Notes: generated from the letters alone by a model not told the origin. Positions 31,401 through 40,661 are shown, numbered from the stretch's first letter. The stretch: 64,000 nt of DNA from an uncultured Holophagales bacterium (GCA_963842525.1 CAWJGT010000003.1:1376001-1440000), one strand, 5' to 3'. Program-made: numbers and translations.

Positions 31401-32056
31401 GGCTGGGGCAGGCGGACTGCATTGTCCCTTTTAAGGAGGCCCTTGAGCTTTTCGAGCTAATTGGCGACAGGACCGGTGCGGCGACTTGTGCGTATAACCT
31501 TGGGCATGCCTTCAAAGATTTGCTTGCTCTCCGTGACCTTTCCCAGGCCGAGCGCTGGTACCGAAGAAGCCTTGAGCTGCGCGACGAACGTAATTGGCTG
31601 GGCTACGGTCTTTGTTGGAAGCAGCTGGGGGTGGTAGCTCACCAGCGATTTAAAGACGCCCGGGCCGTAGAGCGGCCCGAGGAAGAGCTTCTACAATATC
31701 TGAACGAAGCAGTGAGGCTTTCCCATAGAGCTCTCGATTTTCTTCCGTCGAATGCGGTCGACGCCTTGGCCGATACTCACAGTCAACTTGGTGAGTTTTA
31801 CCGCTTAGCAGGAGACATCGGCAGCGCCCTGTCTTACTTCCGGCAGGCGATCCAGCTCTTTGAGGAAGCGGGTGATCTCTATTGGGCCACAGCGACCCGC
31901 TTCAACATTGCTCTCGTCTTCTCTAACACCGGCCGTCGGGCGGATGCCTTGGAGTACGCCGAGGCGGCGCTGCGGGGATTCGAGAGCTACGGGGAGGGGG
32001 CGGCGGAGGAGATTGAGGAGGCTCGCGGGTTGATCGCGGCGATCCGCGGAGCGTAG
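28436..32056 (+). CDS. CHAT (caspase-like protease) - STAND NTPase - TPR protein
   Basis: IPWELL, HVVHFDGHG (His), LVLNACRS (Cys), Walker A AGSGKTT, Walker B LWIWDNVE, GNPLTL, C-terminal TPRs. Confidence 0.88.
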   Translation: MDMLHLRLHQHAVGEGRHRVDLSLDGDGAPRTATSTFDFSLTPQDGEDLRWYLEEFLQYPQEPAPTIARRIEGRMAEVGTELFKGVFQENDDARDVWSRVRERLGETRIEIITGVAEASTIPWELLREPKRDAALALTAHSFVRAQPNAALAPQLPVRKKGKIRILLVICRPQAEQDVPFRSVANQLIRGLDAANREAYDLDVLRPPTFEQLGKVLRQAHRDGNPYHVVHFDGHGMYREIKEPGALGTLVGHLTSIVLAGPRAGKHGYLWFENPQLEAGSELVDGTSLGQLLAATGVPVLVLNACRSAHTEPAAEPGAADDPHSQVRAFGSLAQEVMDAGVAGVVAMRYNVYVVTAARLAAELYAALARGGSLGEAVTLARKNLADNPLREVIYAPLPLQDWAVPVVYEAAPLKLFPKAKDDSGLKINISNIAAGASATASPQAAGLDPDLPPSPDIGFYGRDETLLALDRAFDRDSIALLHAYAGSGKTTTAAEFARWYSLTGGVEGPVLFTTFERYLPLPRVLDRIGQVFGPALEGADVHWLALDDATRRQVALQVLAQVPVLWIWDNVEPVAGFPAGTESAWNATEQEEVLDFLRALRGTRVKILLTSRRDERSWLGDLPTRIAVPPMLMTESLQLVRALAAKRRRRLTDVEDWRPLLAFAQGNPLTLTVLAGQALREGLKTKGQIEDFVARLRSGEAAFPDEILEGRSRSLGASLAYGFEQAFNEEERKKLALLHLFQGFVDVNVLLAMGLPEVAWCLPEVRGLTRDQGITLLDRAAEVGLLAAHGGRFYGIHPALPWFFKGLFEQCYPAEDFVAARAFVEAMSALGEYYILQYASGNQDVLVTLRAEEANLLHARRLARGHGWWAQITSTMQGLRALYEPAGRWAEWKQLVEEVVPDFVDPSNDGPLPEREEEWSLVTQYRVLLANEEGRWAEAERLQTAHVKWIRQRAALSLALPVEELAGEGRNEVRALAVSLHALGQNRRGLGQADCIVPFKEALELFELIGDRTGAATCAYNLGHAFKDLLALRDLSQAERWYRRSLELRDERNWLGYGLCWKQLGVVAHQRFKDARAVERPEEELLQYLNEAVRLSHRALDFLPSNAVDALADTHSQLGEFYRLAGDIGSALSYFRQAIQLFEEAGDLYWATATRFNIALVFSNTGRRADALEYAEAALRGFESYGEGAAEEIEEARGLIAAIRGA

Positions 32057-32058
32057 CC

Positions 32059-32400
32059 TCACCCTGGCAACGCCAACTCGGCTTTGAGGTCGGCCAGGGA
32101 GGTCGTCCCCTTCTCCCGAGCCTCGCGCAATGCCTCTCGGGCATCCTCGATGTCTGCGCGATTCTCTACAGATAGCTCCTCCGTCGTCAGACCCTTCCCT
32201 TCGCGATGCTCCCGCCAGGCCTCGGCGACCGCTGCAGCCTCCTCAGGTGTCTCGGGCTCAGTGCTTTCGGGAGCGTTCTCCAGGGTGAAGAGCGGTTCCT
32301 CGGCGGTTTCGCGCAGGGCCTCCAGCACGCGGGCAGCCCGAGGGATCTCGCTTTCTGGGAGGTCGTCGATGAGGCGGTGGAGGTTGTCTCGTGAGGCCAT
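32059..32400 (-). CDS. Antitoxin-like small acidic protein (apparently chimeric)
   Basis: LHRLIDDLPE...EPETPEEAAAVAEA...GLTTEEL followed by a second antitoxin-like tail DIEDAREALREAREKGTTSLADLKAEL. Confidence 0.55.
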   Translation of the reverse strand: MASRDNLHRLIDDLPESEIPRAARVLEALRETAEEPLFTLENAPESTEPETPEEAAAVAEAWREHREGKGLTTEELSVENRADIEDAREALREAREKGTTSLADLKAELALPG

Positions 32401-32466
32401 AGTCGGATCTCTGCAGTAATTCTAGTATACCGTCACAGCGACGGCCGGGCAGTACGCGGCGGTTCC

Positions 32467-32716
32467 GTAGAGACGGCCCAGTCCATAACCACCCAACCTA
32501 CCGGGTGCACCGTCGTCGGGCCGTCTCAACGCCCCAGACACCACCAACGCCGGCAACACACCCGGGAATGTTTTTCGGCCGTTGAGGTACATGGCTCGCG
32601 GCACCGGCGGTGGTGGACCCGGCTGCCCTGGGGAGACGCCCCGATTGCCGTGGCCGCCCTGGCCGCGGTGGTCGAGGACTGGGGCGTCTCTACGGTTTGC
32701 CGTGGGGAGACGGCCT
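32467..32716. repeat. Cluster of GTAG-type REP-like half sites
   Basis: GTAGAGACGGCCC (32467) / GGGCCGTCTC (32518); GGGAGACGCCCC (32631) / GGGGCGTCTCTAC (32681); GGGGAGACGGCC (32704). Confidence 0.65.
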
Positions 32717-32787
32717 ACTGGTGTATGTCTGAACGGGTCTTCCTGGGAACGGCGGCACCGGTCCTGCCGTGCCCACCAGACCGGTCC

Positions 32788-33165
32788 GGACGTTCCGCGC
32801 CGGTCCCCCTCTGTCCACCAGACTGGTACGGACGGTTGGCGCCGGTTCTGACGCTCCCACCAGTCCGGGGTGGACGGTTCGCGCCGGGGTGTGGGCTGCG
32901 GCGAGATCGGCGTGGACGGTTCGCGCCGAGGAGCGGACGGTTGACGCCACGGAGCGGGCTGTCTACGCCGTGGCGCTAACCGTCCGACCCGAGGCGACAA
33001 CCGTCCTTGTCTCGGCGCAAACTGTCCGACCCCCCGCGCAAACCGTTCCATCCCGTGGCGTGAACCGTCCGACCCGTGGCGCAACTGTCCGTGTCTCGGC
33101 GTACACTGTCCGACCCACGGCGCGGACCGTCCATGTCTCGGCGCAAAACGGCCATTTTTCGGCGC
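32788..33165. repeat. 21-bp-period degenerate tandem array
   Basis: GGACGGTT at 32830, 32872, 32914, 32935. AACYGTCC-like at 32978, 32999, 33020, 33041, 33063, 33083, 33104, 33125. Confidence 0.8.
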
Positions 33166-33224
33166 GGTGCCTCCGTTTTTCAGAGCCGGACGGTCACGGG
33201 GCCTTGCCGTTAGCGCGTGGCCCG

Positions 33225-33926
33225 TCAAGCGCCTCGCCGGCTGTACCGCAGCACCGTCCACAATATCTTATAGCCAGCCCGCAGCGTCCCTGTCACCGTG
33301 CCAGTTATCTTCGAGACCCCCACCCGGCGGCGGTAGGAGACCGGGACCTCCGTAACGCGCAGCCCGTGCCGCAGCGCCTTGACCTGCATCTCGGCCGTCC
33401 AGCCGAAGTTGGGGTCGGCCATGCCGATCTTCTCCAGGGCGTCCCAGAGGATGGCGCGGAAGGGGCCGAGGTCGGTGTAGCGGTGGCCGTAGAGGAGGCG
33501 GATGAGGAGGCAGGCGACGAGGTTGCCGGCTCGGGCCTGGGGGAGGAGGGCTCCGGGCTCGCGGTCTCCCAACACGCGTGAGCCGATCACCAGGTCCGCC
33601 TCTCCAGCCAGGATCGGCTCGATCAGCCGCGGCAGCTCTTCGGGATGGTCCGACCAGTCGGCGTCGACGAAGACCACGAGGTCCGGCGGATCGTTGCGGC
33701 GCAGCCAGTCGAGGCCGGCGAGGCAGGCGCTGCCGTAGCCCCGCCGCGGCGCCTCGACCACGATCGCTCCGCCCTCCTGGGCCACCCATGCAGTCTCGTC
33801 CGTCGAGCCGTTGTCGGCGACCACGATGCGGCGGACCGGCGGACGAGGGAGGTCTCGCAGGACCATCGGTAGGGACGCTTCCTCGTTGAGCGCCGGGATC
33901 ACCACGTCCACACTGACTTTGGACAC
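33225..33926 (-). CDS. Glycosyltransferase family 2 (polyprenol-phosphate glycosyltransferase-like)
   Basis: VVIPALNEE, VADNGSTD, GYGSAC, FVDAD, DLVIGSR, TDLGPFRAI, YRRRVGVSKI. Confidence 0.92.
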   Translation of the reverse strand: MSKVSVDVVIPALNEEASLPMVLRDLPRPPVRRIVVADNGSTDETAWVAQEGGAIVVEAPRRGYGSACLAGLDWLRRNDPPDLVVFVDADWSDHPEELPRLIEPILAGEADLVIGSRVLGDREPGALLPQARAGNLVACLLIRLLYGHRYTDLGPFRAILWDALEKIGMADPNFGWTAEMQVKALRHGLRVTEVPVSYRRRVGVSKITGTVTGTLRAGYKILWTVLRYSRRGA

Positions 33927-34003
33927 CGGCGGATCTTATGGCATGCTTGCCGACCCGGCCGTAGACCGGGCTTTCTCTATTTGGATTCAGGGAGCTATCA
34001 AGA

Positions 34004-34540
34004 ATGCCGATCGTCCCCTATCAGGGCCGGCTGCCCAGGTTGGGTGCCCGGGTCTTCCTAGCCCCGGACGCCTGGGTCACGGGCGATGTGGAGCTGGGCG
34101 ACGACGTCTCGTTCTGGTTCCACACCGTGGCGCGCGGCGACGTCAATTTCATCCGCATCGGGGCGCGGACCAACATCCAGGACGGCTGCGTGCTGCACGT
34201 CAACCATGGGGAATTCCCCTTGATTGTCGGCGCCGGGGTTGTGGTCGGGCACCAGGCCGTGATCCATGGGTGCACGATCGAGGACGGCGCGTTGATCGGC
34301 ATCGGCGCGCGGGTGCTCGACGGTGCGGTGGTCGAGGCAGGCGCGCAGATCGGGGCCGGGGCGGTCGTGGCGCCGGGCCATCGCATCCCGGCGGGGCATC
34401 TCGCGCTGGGCATCCCGGCGCGGCCGGTGCGGCCGTTGAACGACGAGGAGAAGCAGCGGATCGTGGACGGCTGCCAGCGTTACGTGGAGCTCAAGGAGCA
34501 CTATCGCGGGGCCTTCCCGCAGGATGGATCGAGGAGCTGA
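34004..34540 (+). CDS. Gamma carbonic anhydrase family hexapeptide-repeat protein
   Basis: ARGDVNFIRIGARTNIQDGCVLH, VGHQAVIHGC. Confidence 0.92.
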   Translation: MPIVPYQGRLPRLGARVFLAPDAWVTGDVELGDDVSFWFHTVARGDVNFIRIGARTNIQDGCVLHVNHGEFPLIVGAGVVVGHQAVIHGCTIEDGALIGIGARVLDGAVVEAGAQIGAGAVVAPGHRIPAGHLALGIPARPVRPLNDEEKQRIVDGCQRYVELKEHYRGAFPQDGSRS

Positions 34541-36340
34541 TGGCGACAGACGGAGCACAGTTGAAGCGGCGCGGGGCCGGGACCCTGCGGCGGGAGGACG
34601 TCGGATCGAAGGTGCGGTTGCAGGCCTGGGTGCAGCGCCGACGCGACCATGGAGGCCTGGTCTTCTTCGACCTGCGGGACCGCACCGGCATCGCACAGGT
34701 GGTGGTCCGTCCCGGCGACCACCCGGAGGTGGCCGGAGCGCTGGAGCCTGTGCGGGCCGAGTGGGTTGTCGAGGTCGAGGGAGAGGTCGTCCCTCGCGAG
34801 GCGGGGAAGGTCAACCCTCACCTGCCCACGGGCGAGATCGAGGTGATCGCCCACCGGGCCGCGGTCCTCTCGCGCTCCGAGCCGCTGCCGTTCCAGCTCG
34901 ACGGCAAGGGGGAGGTCGCCGAGGAGACGCGTCTGCGTTACCGCTACCTCGACCTGCGCCGCCCTGAGCTGCAGAAGAACTTTCTGCTCCGCGACCAGGT
35001 GACCCTCGACATCCGCAACTATCTGCACGCGGAGGGGTTCGTCGACGTCGAGACGCCGATCCTGACCCGCTCCACCCCCGAGGGTGCGCGCGATTATCTC
35101 GTCCCCTCGCGGGTACGCCGCGGCTCGTTCTACGCCCTGCCGCAGTCGCCGCAGCTCTTCAAGCAGATCCTCATGGTGGCCGGCTTCGAGCGCTACGTCC
35201 AGATCGCCCGCTGCTTCCGTGACGAGGATCTGCGCGCCGACCGCCAGCCCGAGTTCACCCAGGTGGACCTGGAGATGTCGTTCCCGACCGAGGAGGAGGT
35301 CATCGCTCTGATCGAAGGGCTGTTCGCGCGGATCTTCCCGTTGGGAGGCATCGAGCCGCCGGTCCCCTTCCCACGCCTGACCTACGCCGAGGCCATGGCC
35401 CGTTACGGCAGCGACCGGCCGGACCTCCGTTTCGGCCTGGAGATCGCCGATCTGTCGGCTCTCCTGGCAGAGAGCGGCTTCCGGGGCTTTCGCGAGACGG
35501 TCGCTGCGGGCGGAGTGGTGCGCGGCTTTGCCGTGCCTGGAGCGGCCGAGGCCAGCCGCAAACAGATCGACGGTTGGGTGGAGATCGCCCGCCGTCACGG
35601 CGCGGCCGGCGTGCTGACCCTGCGCCGCAAGGACGGCGAGCTCGTGTTCCAGGTGAAGAACGCGCTAACTCCGGAGGAGCTCGAAAGAGCGGCCGAGGCG
35701 TTAGGGCTCGGAGAAGGCGATCTTGCGTTCCTCGTCGCCGCGCCCGAGAAGGTGACTGCCGCGGCACTGGGGACCCTGCGCCTGGAGCTGGCGCGGGCCT
35801 ACAACCTGGTCCCGGAAGGGAAGCATGCATTCCTCTGGGTGACCGAGTTCCCGTTGGTGGAGTGGGGCGAGGAGGAGAAGCGCTGGTTCGCCATGCACCA
35901 CCCCTTCACCAGCCCCGATCCGCGGGACCTCGACCGTCTGGAGAGCGATCCGGGGTCGGTCCGTGCCCGCGCTTACGACGTGGTGCTCAACGGCACCGAG
36001 CTGGGCGGCGGTTCGATCCGCATGCACGATCCGGAAGCTCCAGAGCCGGGTGTTCCGGCTGCTGGGCATCAGCGCCGAGGAGGCCGAGGCCCGCTTCGGC
36101 TTCTTCCTGGAAGCCCTGCGCTACGGCGCTCCGCCGCACGGAGGCATCGCCCTGGGCCTCGACCGCATGGTCATGCTCCTCGCCGGCTCGAACACCATCC
36201 GCGACGTCATCGCCTTCCCGAAAACCGCCTCGGCCACCGACCTGATGACCGACGCGCCCTCCGAGGTGGACTCCAAGCAGCTCCGGGAGCTGGGGGTTGC
36301 GGTCGTCCGGGGAGATGACACAGCGCCTCGACAAGGGTAA
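34540..36340 (+). CDS. aspS: Aspartate--tRNA ligase (frameshift near 36035)
   Basis: [65 protein letters not shown], then [21 protein letters not shown] in the next frame. Confidence 0.95.
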
Positions 36341-36349
36341 TATCAGAGT

Positions 36350-36772
36350 ATGGCCAGGAGCGCTCGACTCGCGACTGCTTTTCACTCCTTCGACGAGCCT
36401 GAGAGGAACCGCGAGCCCTCTACCCCCGAAGCGTTCCGGGCAGCCGTTCATGCTGCTCTCGAACAGGAGAGCCTGCGCGGCGCACAGGCAATTGCGGCCC
36501 AAGGCCACGCTCGATTCCCGGCCGATCCTGAGCTGGCGCGGCTCCATCGTCTCCTGACCCTCCCATCTCCCAGGAGCGTCAAGAAGCCGCTCGCTCCGGA
36601 CCGCACCGCGGCATTCCAGTGGCTGGAGGAGAATGCCGCCGACTATCGAGGCCAATGGGTGGCCTTGTCGGGGACCGGTCTGGTGGCCTCCGCTCCTAGC
36701 TTCGGCGAGCTCCAGCGGGCTGTCGAGGCTCTGCGGCTGGACAATCCTCCCCTCGCGCTCCACGTTGAGTGA
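36350..36772 (+). CDS. Small protein with DUF5678-like C-terminal domain
   Basis: WLEENAADYRGQWVALSGTGLVASAPSFGEL pattern. Confidence 0.6.
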   Translation: MARSARLATAFHSFDEPERNREPSTPEAFRAAVHAALEQESLRGAQAIAAQGHARFPADPELARLHRLLTLPSPRSVKKPLAPDRTAAFQWLEENAADYRGQWVALSGTGLVASAPSFGELQRAVEALRLDNPPLALHVE

Positions 36773-37238
36773 CGATAACTCGACCTTTGACCGGCGTGGC
36801 TTCGCCTTCGCGACCGGGGTAGCGCGTTTCCGCGACCATCCTAAGCTGCCCGAGCCGCGCCGGGGCAAACCGGAACCCCGTATCTATCTGGAGGTGCTCC
36901 CGGAAACGGTCGCCACGTCAGTCCTTGCCCTGGTGGACACCGCTGCGCCTTGGTGCATCTTTACTCCGGCCATCGGTGAAGAGATCCGGGAGCATCTCGA
37001 AGTGATGGACGAGGGTGTGGTGCTGCATACGAGGCTCGGCCCGTTCCAGGGGGATCTTTATCGGGGAATGGTTACACTCATCGCAGACGAGGGAGAGCCC
37101 CTCGAGGTGAATGGGCTGATCTTCCTGAGCCCCGACTGGCCTGGCGGCAACTTCCTGGGGTACCAGGGCTTCCTCCAGAAGATCCGCTTCGCTGTGGACC
37201 CGTATCGAAACCGGTTCTTCTTCGCGTCCGACTTCTGA
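36765..37238 (+). CDS. Retropepsin-like (clan AA) aspartyl protease
   Basis: TTG start overlapping the upstream stop. ALVDTAAPWC (DTG/DTA-type motif) and FLGYQGFL. Confidence 0.6.
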   Translation: MSDDNSTFDRRGFAFATGVARFRDHPKLPEPRRGKPEPRIYLEVLPETVATSVLALVDTAAPWCIFTPAIGEEIREHLEVMDEGVVLHTRLGPFQGDLYRGMVTLIADEGEPLEVNGLIFLSPDWPGGNFLGYQGFLQKIRFAVDPYRNRFFFASDF

Positions 37239-37272
37239 CCTGTAGGATCTGTCGGCAAAGACCGGAACCACC

Positions 37273-38397
37273 ATGGCCGACCCGCACACGCTCCACACAC
37301 TGACCCTCCGCCACCCCGCCGGCTCCACGCCCGTCCTGGTGGGTGAGGAGGCCCTCGCCTCCGCCCGGCCTCGTCTGGTTGAGTGGCTCTCCGGTCGTAC
37401 GGTGTTCGTGGTCAGCACGCCGCGGGTGCTGGCTCTTCATGGAGATCGATTGGAGCCCTTGCGCGATGCGGCGGCCCGGTGGGTCGTTCTGGAGGTGGAG
37501 GAGGGCGAGCCCGCGAAGACGGTGCGGACGGCCGAGCGGCTGTGGAATGAGATGCTCGCGGCCGGCGGCAAGCGTGACAGCCGCTTGATCGCGTTCGGCG
37601 GCGGCAGCGTCGGCGACCTCGGCGGGTTTGCGGCCGGATGCTTCCTGCGTGGTATTCCCTTCGTCCAAATCCCCACGACTTTGCTGGCCCAGGTGGACGC
37701 CGCGATCGGCGGCAAGACCGGGGTCGATCTGCCCGGCGGCAAGAACACGGTCGGGTTGTTCCACCACCCGGACCTGGTGGTGTGCGACACCTCGATCCTG
37801 ACCACCCTGCCGCGCGAGGAGCTGCGCTCGGGGCTGGTCGAGGTGGTCAAGATGGCGGCACTGCTCGATCCGGACCTCTTCGTGCGGGTTGAGCAGGACC
37901 TGGAGAAGCTGCTCGGAGGTGGTCCGGAGGGGCCGGCGGCTCTGGGGCCGGTCGTTGCCGCGGCGGTTGCTGCCAAGATTGGCGTCGTCGAGCGGGACCC
38001 GGCCGAGCAGGGGGACCGGCGGCTTCTCAACCTCGGACATACTCTGGGCCATGCCATCGAGTCCGCCTGCGCCTATGGCGGCCTCCGCCATGGCGAGGCC
38101 GTGGGGTACGGCATTCTTTTCGCCCTTCGCCTGGCGGTCCCGCGCGGGCTCGATCCGGCGGTGGCGGAGCGGGTGCACGCCCTCCTTCTCCGTTTCGGGC
38201 TGCCGCCGCTGCCGCCCCTCGACGCCGGCGAGCTCCTCGCCTTGACGGCGCGGGACAAGAAGGCCAGCGAGGCCGGGCTGGTCTGGGTGCTGCCCGCGGC
38301 GCTGGGAGAGGGGAGGATGGTCGCGGGGATCGGAGGCGAGGAGGTCGAGGCCGCGCTGCGCGGCTTTCTGGGCGATCCGTTCGCCTCCGTTGTATAA
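37273..38397 (+). CDS. aroB: 3-dehydroquinate synthase
   Basis: GEPAK, FGGGSVGDLGGF, IPTTLLAQVDAAIGGKTG, LNLGHTLGHAIE, HGEAV. Confidence 0.96.
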   Translation: MADPHTLHTLTLRHPAGSTPVLVGEEALASARPRLVEWLSGRTVFVVSTPRVLALHGDRLEPLRDAAARWVVLEVEEGEPAKTVRTAERLWNEMLAAGGKRDSRLIAFGGGSVGDLGGFAAGCFLRGIPFVQIPTTLLAQVDAAIGGKTGVDLPGGKNTVGLFHHPDLVVCDTSILTTLPREELRSGLVEVVKMAALLDPDLFVRVEQDLEKLLGGGPEGPAALGPVVAAAVAAKIGVVERDPAEQGDRRLLNLGHTLGHAIESACAYGGLRHGEAVGYGILFALRLAVPRGLDPAVAERVHALLLRFGLPPLPPLDAGELLALTARDKKASEAGLVWVLPAALGEGRMVAGIGGEEVEAALRGFLGDPFASVV

Positions 38398-38421
38398 TCG
38401 CGCAAATCCGTCGGCCTCTCA

Positions 38422-40230
38422 ATGACGAACCGCCGAAAGCTCCTGCGCCGCCTCAAGCTGCGACACGTCCTCCTGGTCGTGTTCCTGCTTTTGGGCATCA
38501 TCCCGCTGATCCTCAGCAGCGTGATGCTTATCCCACAGAGCCAGCAGATTCTGCGCGACGCAGAGCGCGACAACCTGATCCGCCGGGCGGGGGCGCTTTC
38601 GCGAGACGTCGACACCTACCTGGGGACCTTCCGGAGCCAGCTCGCGCAGCTCGGGAGCGGCCTCCTGGCTCCGCCGGGCTCGCCGGACATGGCCGAGCGG
38701 CTGCGCGAGCCGTGGGTCCTCACGTATCTCCAGGGCTTCGGCCAGGAGGCCCTCCAGGGGAGCCGCCCGGGCGGCGGGCAGGGCCTGCTGGTCCTGCGCG
38801 TGCTCGACCGGCAGGGGGCCGGGCCGCTGCTCGGGAAAAGGGACCTGGTGCCGAAGGCGGTCAGCTCTCTCGACGCCGCGTTCGAGCAGGCGCGGCGCTC
38901 AGGCTCGCGCGCCTACCGGTTCGTCGACCTGGGCCCCGGCCAGGTGCCTCTGGTGGCTCTCGCGGTGCCTGTCGCGGCGGCCGGGAGCGGCCCGCAGCTC
39001 GTGCTCGAAGCGCTCCTCGAGTTCAAGCCCCTGGAAGTCCTCCAGGAAGAGACAGGGCAAGAGGTGGGGGTCTTCCTCATGACCCGGCAGGGCCAGCTCC
39101 TCTGGTGGAACGGCGCCGGTGCCACCATGAAGGATGGCTTGCTCAAGTATGAGGATCTCCAGTCGTTCCTGGCCGTGCCGGGGAGCATGACCCGGGTATA
39201 CGAGGTCCGCTCGGCCCAGGGGAGCCAGCAGGTGTTCGCGCAAGTGAGCGCCATCGAGGAAAGCGGCTGGGTGCTGATCGTCCAGAAGCCTCTCTCGGCT
39301 GCGTTTGCTGCCGTCGACAAGATGATCTTCAACCTCGTCCTGTCGACGCTCCTGCTGGTCGCCCTCGCTCTGTTCTCGGCGTTCCTCGCGGCGCGCCTGG
39401 TGAGCCGGCCGATCCAGCGCCTCACCGAAACGACGCACGCGATCGCGGAAGGGAAGTTCGGCGGCCGGGTGGATCTGGAAGGTCTTTCGTTCGAATTCGC
39501 CGATCTCGCCGAGGATTTCAACCGCATGAGCGGCCACATCGAGAAGTACATCCAGCAGCTCCGCCAGGCGGCTCAGGTTAACCGCGACCTTTTCATCGGT
39601 TCTCTGCGGGCTTTCGTCGCCGCGATCGACGCCAAAGACCCCTACACCCGCGGCCACTCCGAGCGGGTGGCGGCGGTCAGCCGGGTGATCGCGCGCTCCC
39701 TCGGCCTCGCCGAGGAGGTCCAGCACAAGGTCTGGATCGGCGCCCTGCTCCACGACGTCGGCAAGATCGGCGTCGAGGACCTGGTGCTGCGCAAGGCCGG
39801 CAAGCTGACCGACGAAGAGTTCGAGCAGATGAAGGCGCACACCGTGATCGGCGCGGACGTCATGTCGCCGATCGAGCAGCTCCGGGAGATGATCCCGGCC
39901 ATCCGGTCGCACCACGAGGCCTGGAACGGCCGCGGCTACCCCGACGGTCTCAAGGGGGAGCAGATCCCGCTCTTCGCCCGCATCGTCGGCGTCGCCGACA
40001 CCTTCGATGCCATCACCACCAACCGGCCTTATCAGAAGGCCTACAGCCTCCAGTTCGCGGTCGAGACCATCACCCGGTTGACGGGGAGCCGCTTCGACGC
40101 CAAGATCGTCACCGCCTTCCTGCGCTCCTATGAGGCGGGCGAGGTCCGCGCCGCGTCCGAAGCCGTAGGTGGGCGGTATGAGGAAGAGATGGTGCCGCAG
40201 GTGGCGGCGCGAGCGGCGGGACCGCGTTAG
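38422..40230 (+). CDS. Membrane-bound HD-GYP phosphodiesterase with periplasmic sensor and HAMP domains
   Basis: Two TMs, HAMP (RPIQRL...FNRM), DPYTRGHSERV, LHDVGKIG, HHEAWNGRGYPDGL, RPY. Confidence 0.92.
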   Translation: MTNRRKLLRRLKLRHVLLVVFLLLGIIPLILSSVMLIPQSQQILRDAERDNLIRRAGALSRDVDTYLGTFRSQLAQLGSGLLAPPGSPDMAERLREPWVLTYLQGFGQEALQGSRPGGGQGLLVLRVLDRQGAGPLLGKRDLVPKAVSSLDAAFEQARRSGSRAYRFVDLGPGQVPLVALAVPVAAAGSGPQLVLEALLEFKPLEVLQEETGQEVGVFLMTRQGQLLWWNGAGATMKDGLLKYEDLQSFLAVPGSMTRVYEVRSAQGSQQVFAQVSAIEESGWVLIVQKPLSAAFAAVDKMIFNLVLSTLLLVALALFSAFLAARLVSRPIQRLTETTHAIAEGKFGGRVDLEGLSFEFADLAEDFNRMSGHIEKYIQQLRQAAQVNRDLFIGSLRAFVAAIDAKDPYTRGHSERVAAVSRVIARSLGLAEEVQHKVWIGALLHDVGKIGVEDLVLRKAGKLTDEEFEQMKAHTVIGADVMSPIEQLREMIPAIRSHHEAWNGRGYPDGLKGEQIPLFARIVGVADTFDAITTNRPYQKAYSLQFAVETITRLTGSRFDAKIVTAFLRSYEAGEVRAASEAVGGRYEEEMVPQVAARAAGPR

Positions 40231-40263
40231 GCCGCCCGCCGCCCCGCCGGATGAAGGAGCCCG

Positions 40264-40629
40264 ATGTTCCAATACGTCCTCGCCAACCTTCTGGCCAACA
40301 ACGACAAGGCGCTCGGCGCCCTCTTCCTCGACGACAACGGCGAGACCGTGGACCTCGCCTGCGCCGGCTACACCCCCTACCAGATGCGGGTGATCGGCGC
40401 CTATCTGGGCATCTACCTGCGCCAGCTCGAGAAGGTCCTCACCAGCAACGACCTCGGCCATCCGCGCCTGATCCACATCGAGAAGCTCGCCATCCACATC
40501 TACGCCATGCCCCTCCCGGACGGCTATTACCTGGTGCTCGTCCAGAGCCACCCCGCCCTGGTCGCCCGCGCCCGCATCACCATGACGGACGCCGCGGAGC
40601 AGCTCACCCGCGAATTGTTCCATTCGTGA
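40264..40629 (+). CDS. Roadblock/LC7 (MglB-like) domain protein
   Basis: AAGGAG RBS. 121 aa, ALGALFLDDNGETVD...GYYLVLV roadblock-like pattern. Confidence 0.6.
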   Translation: MFQYVLANLLANNDKALGALFLDDNGETVDLACAGYTPYQMRVIGAYLGIYLRQLEKVLTSNDLGHPRLIHIEKLAIHIYAMPLPDGYYLVLVQSHPALVARARITMTDAAEQLTRELFHS

Positions 40630-40661
40630 CCACCCCCCTGGCGGGGTATGATTCTGCCGTC

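Noticed and set aside
33811-34539. N-terminal extension of the aspS ORF
   Set aside because: Off-frame overlap of the gamma carbonic anhydrase gene. ATG 34540 has a GAGGAG RBS.
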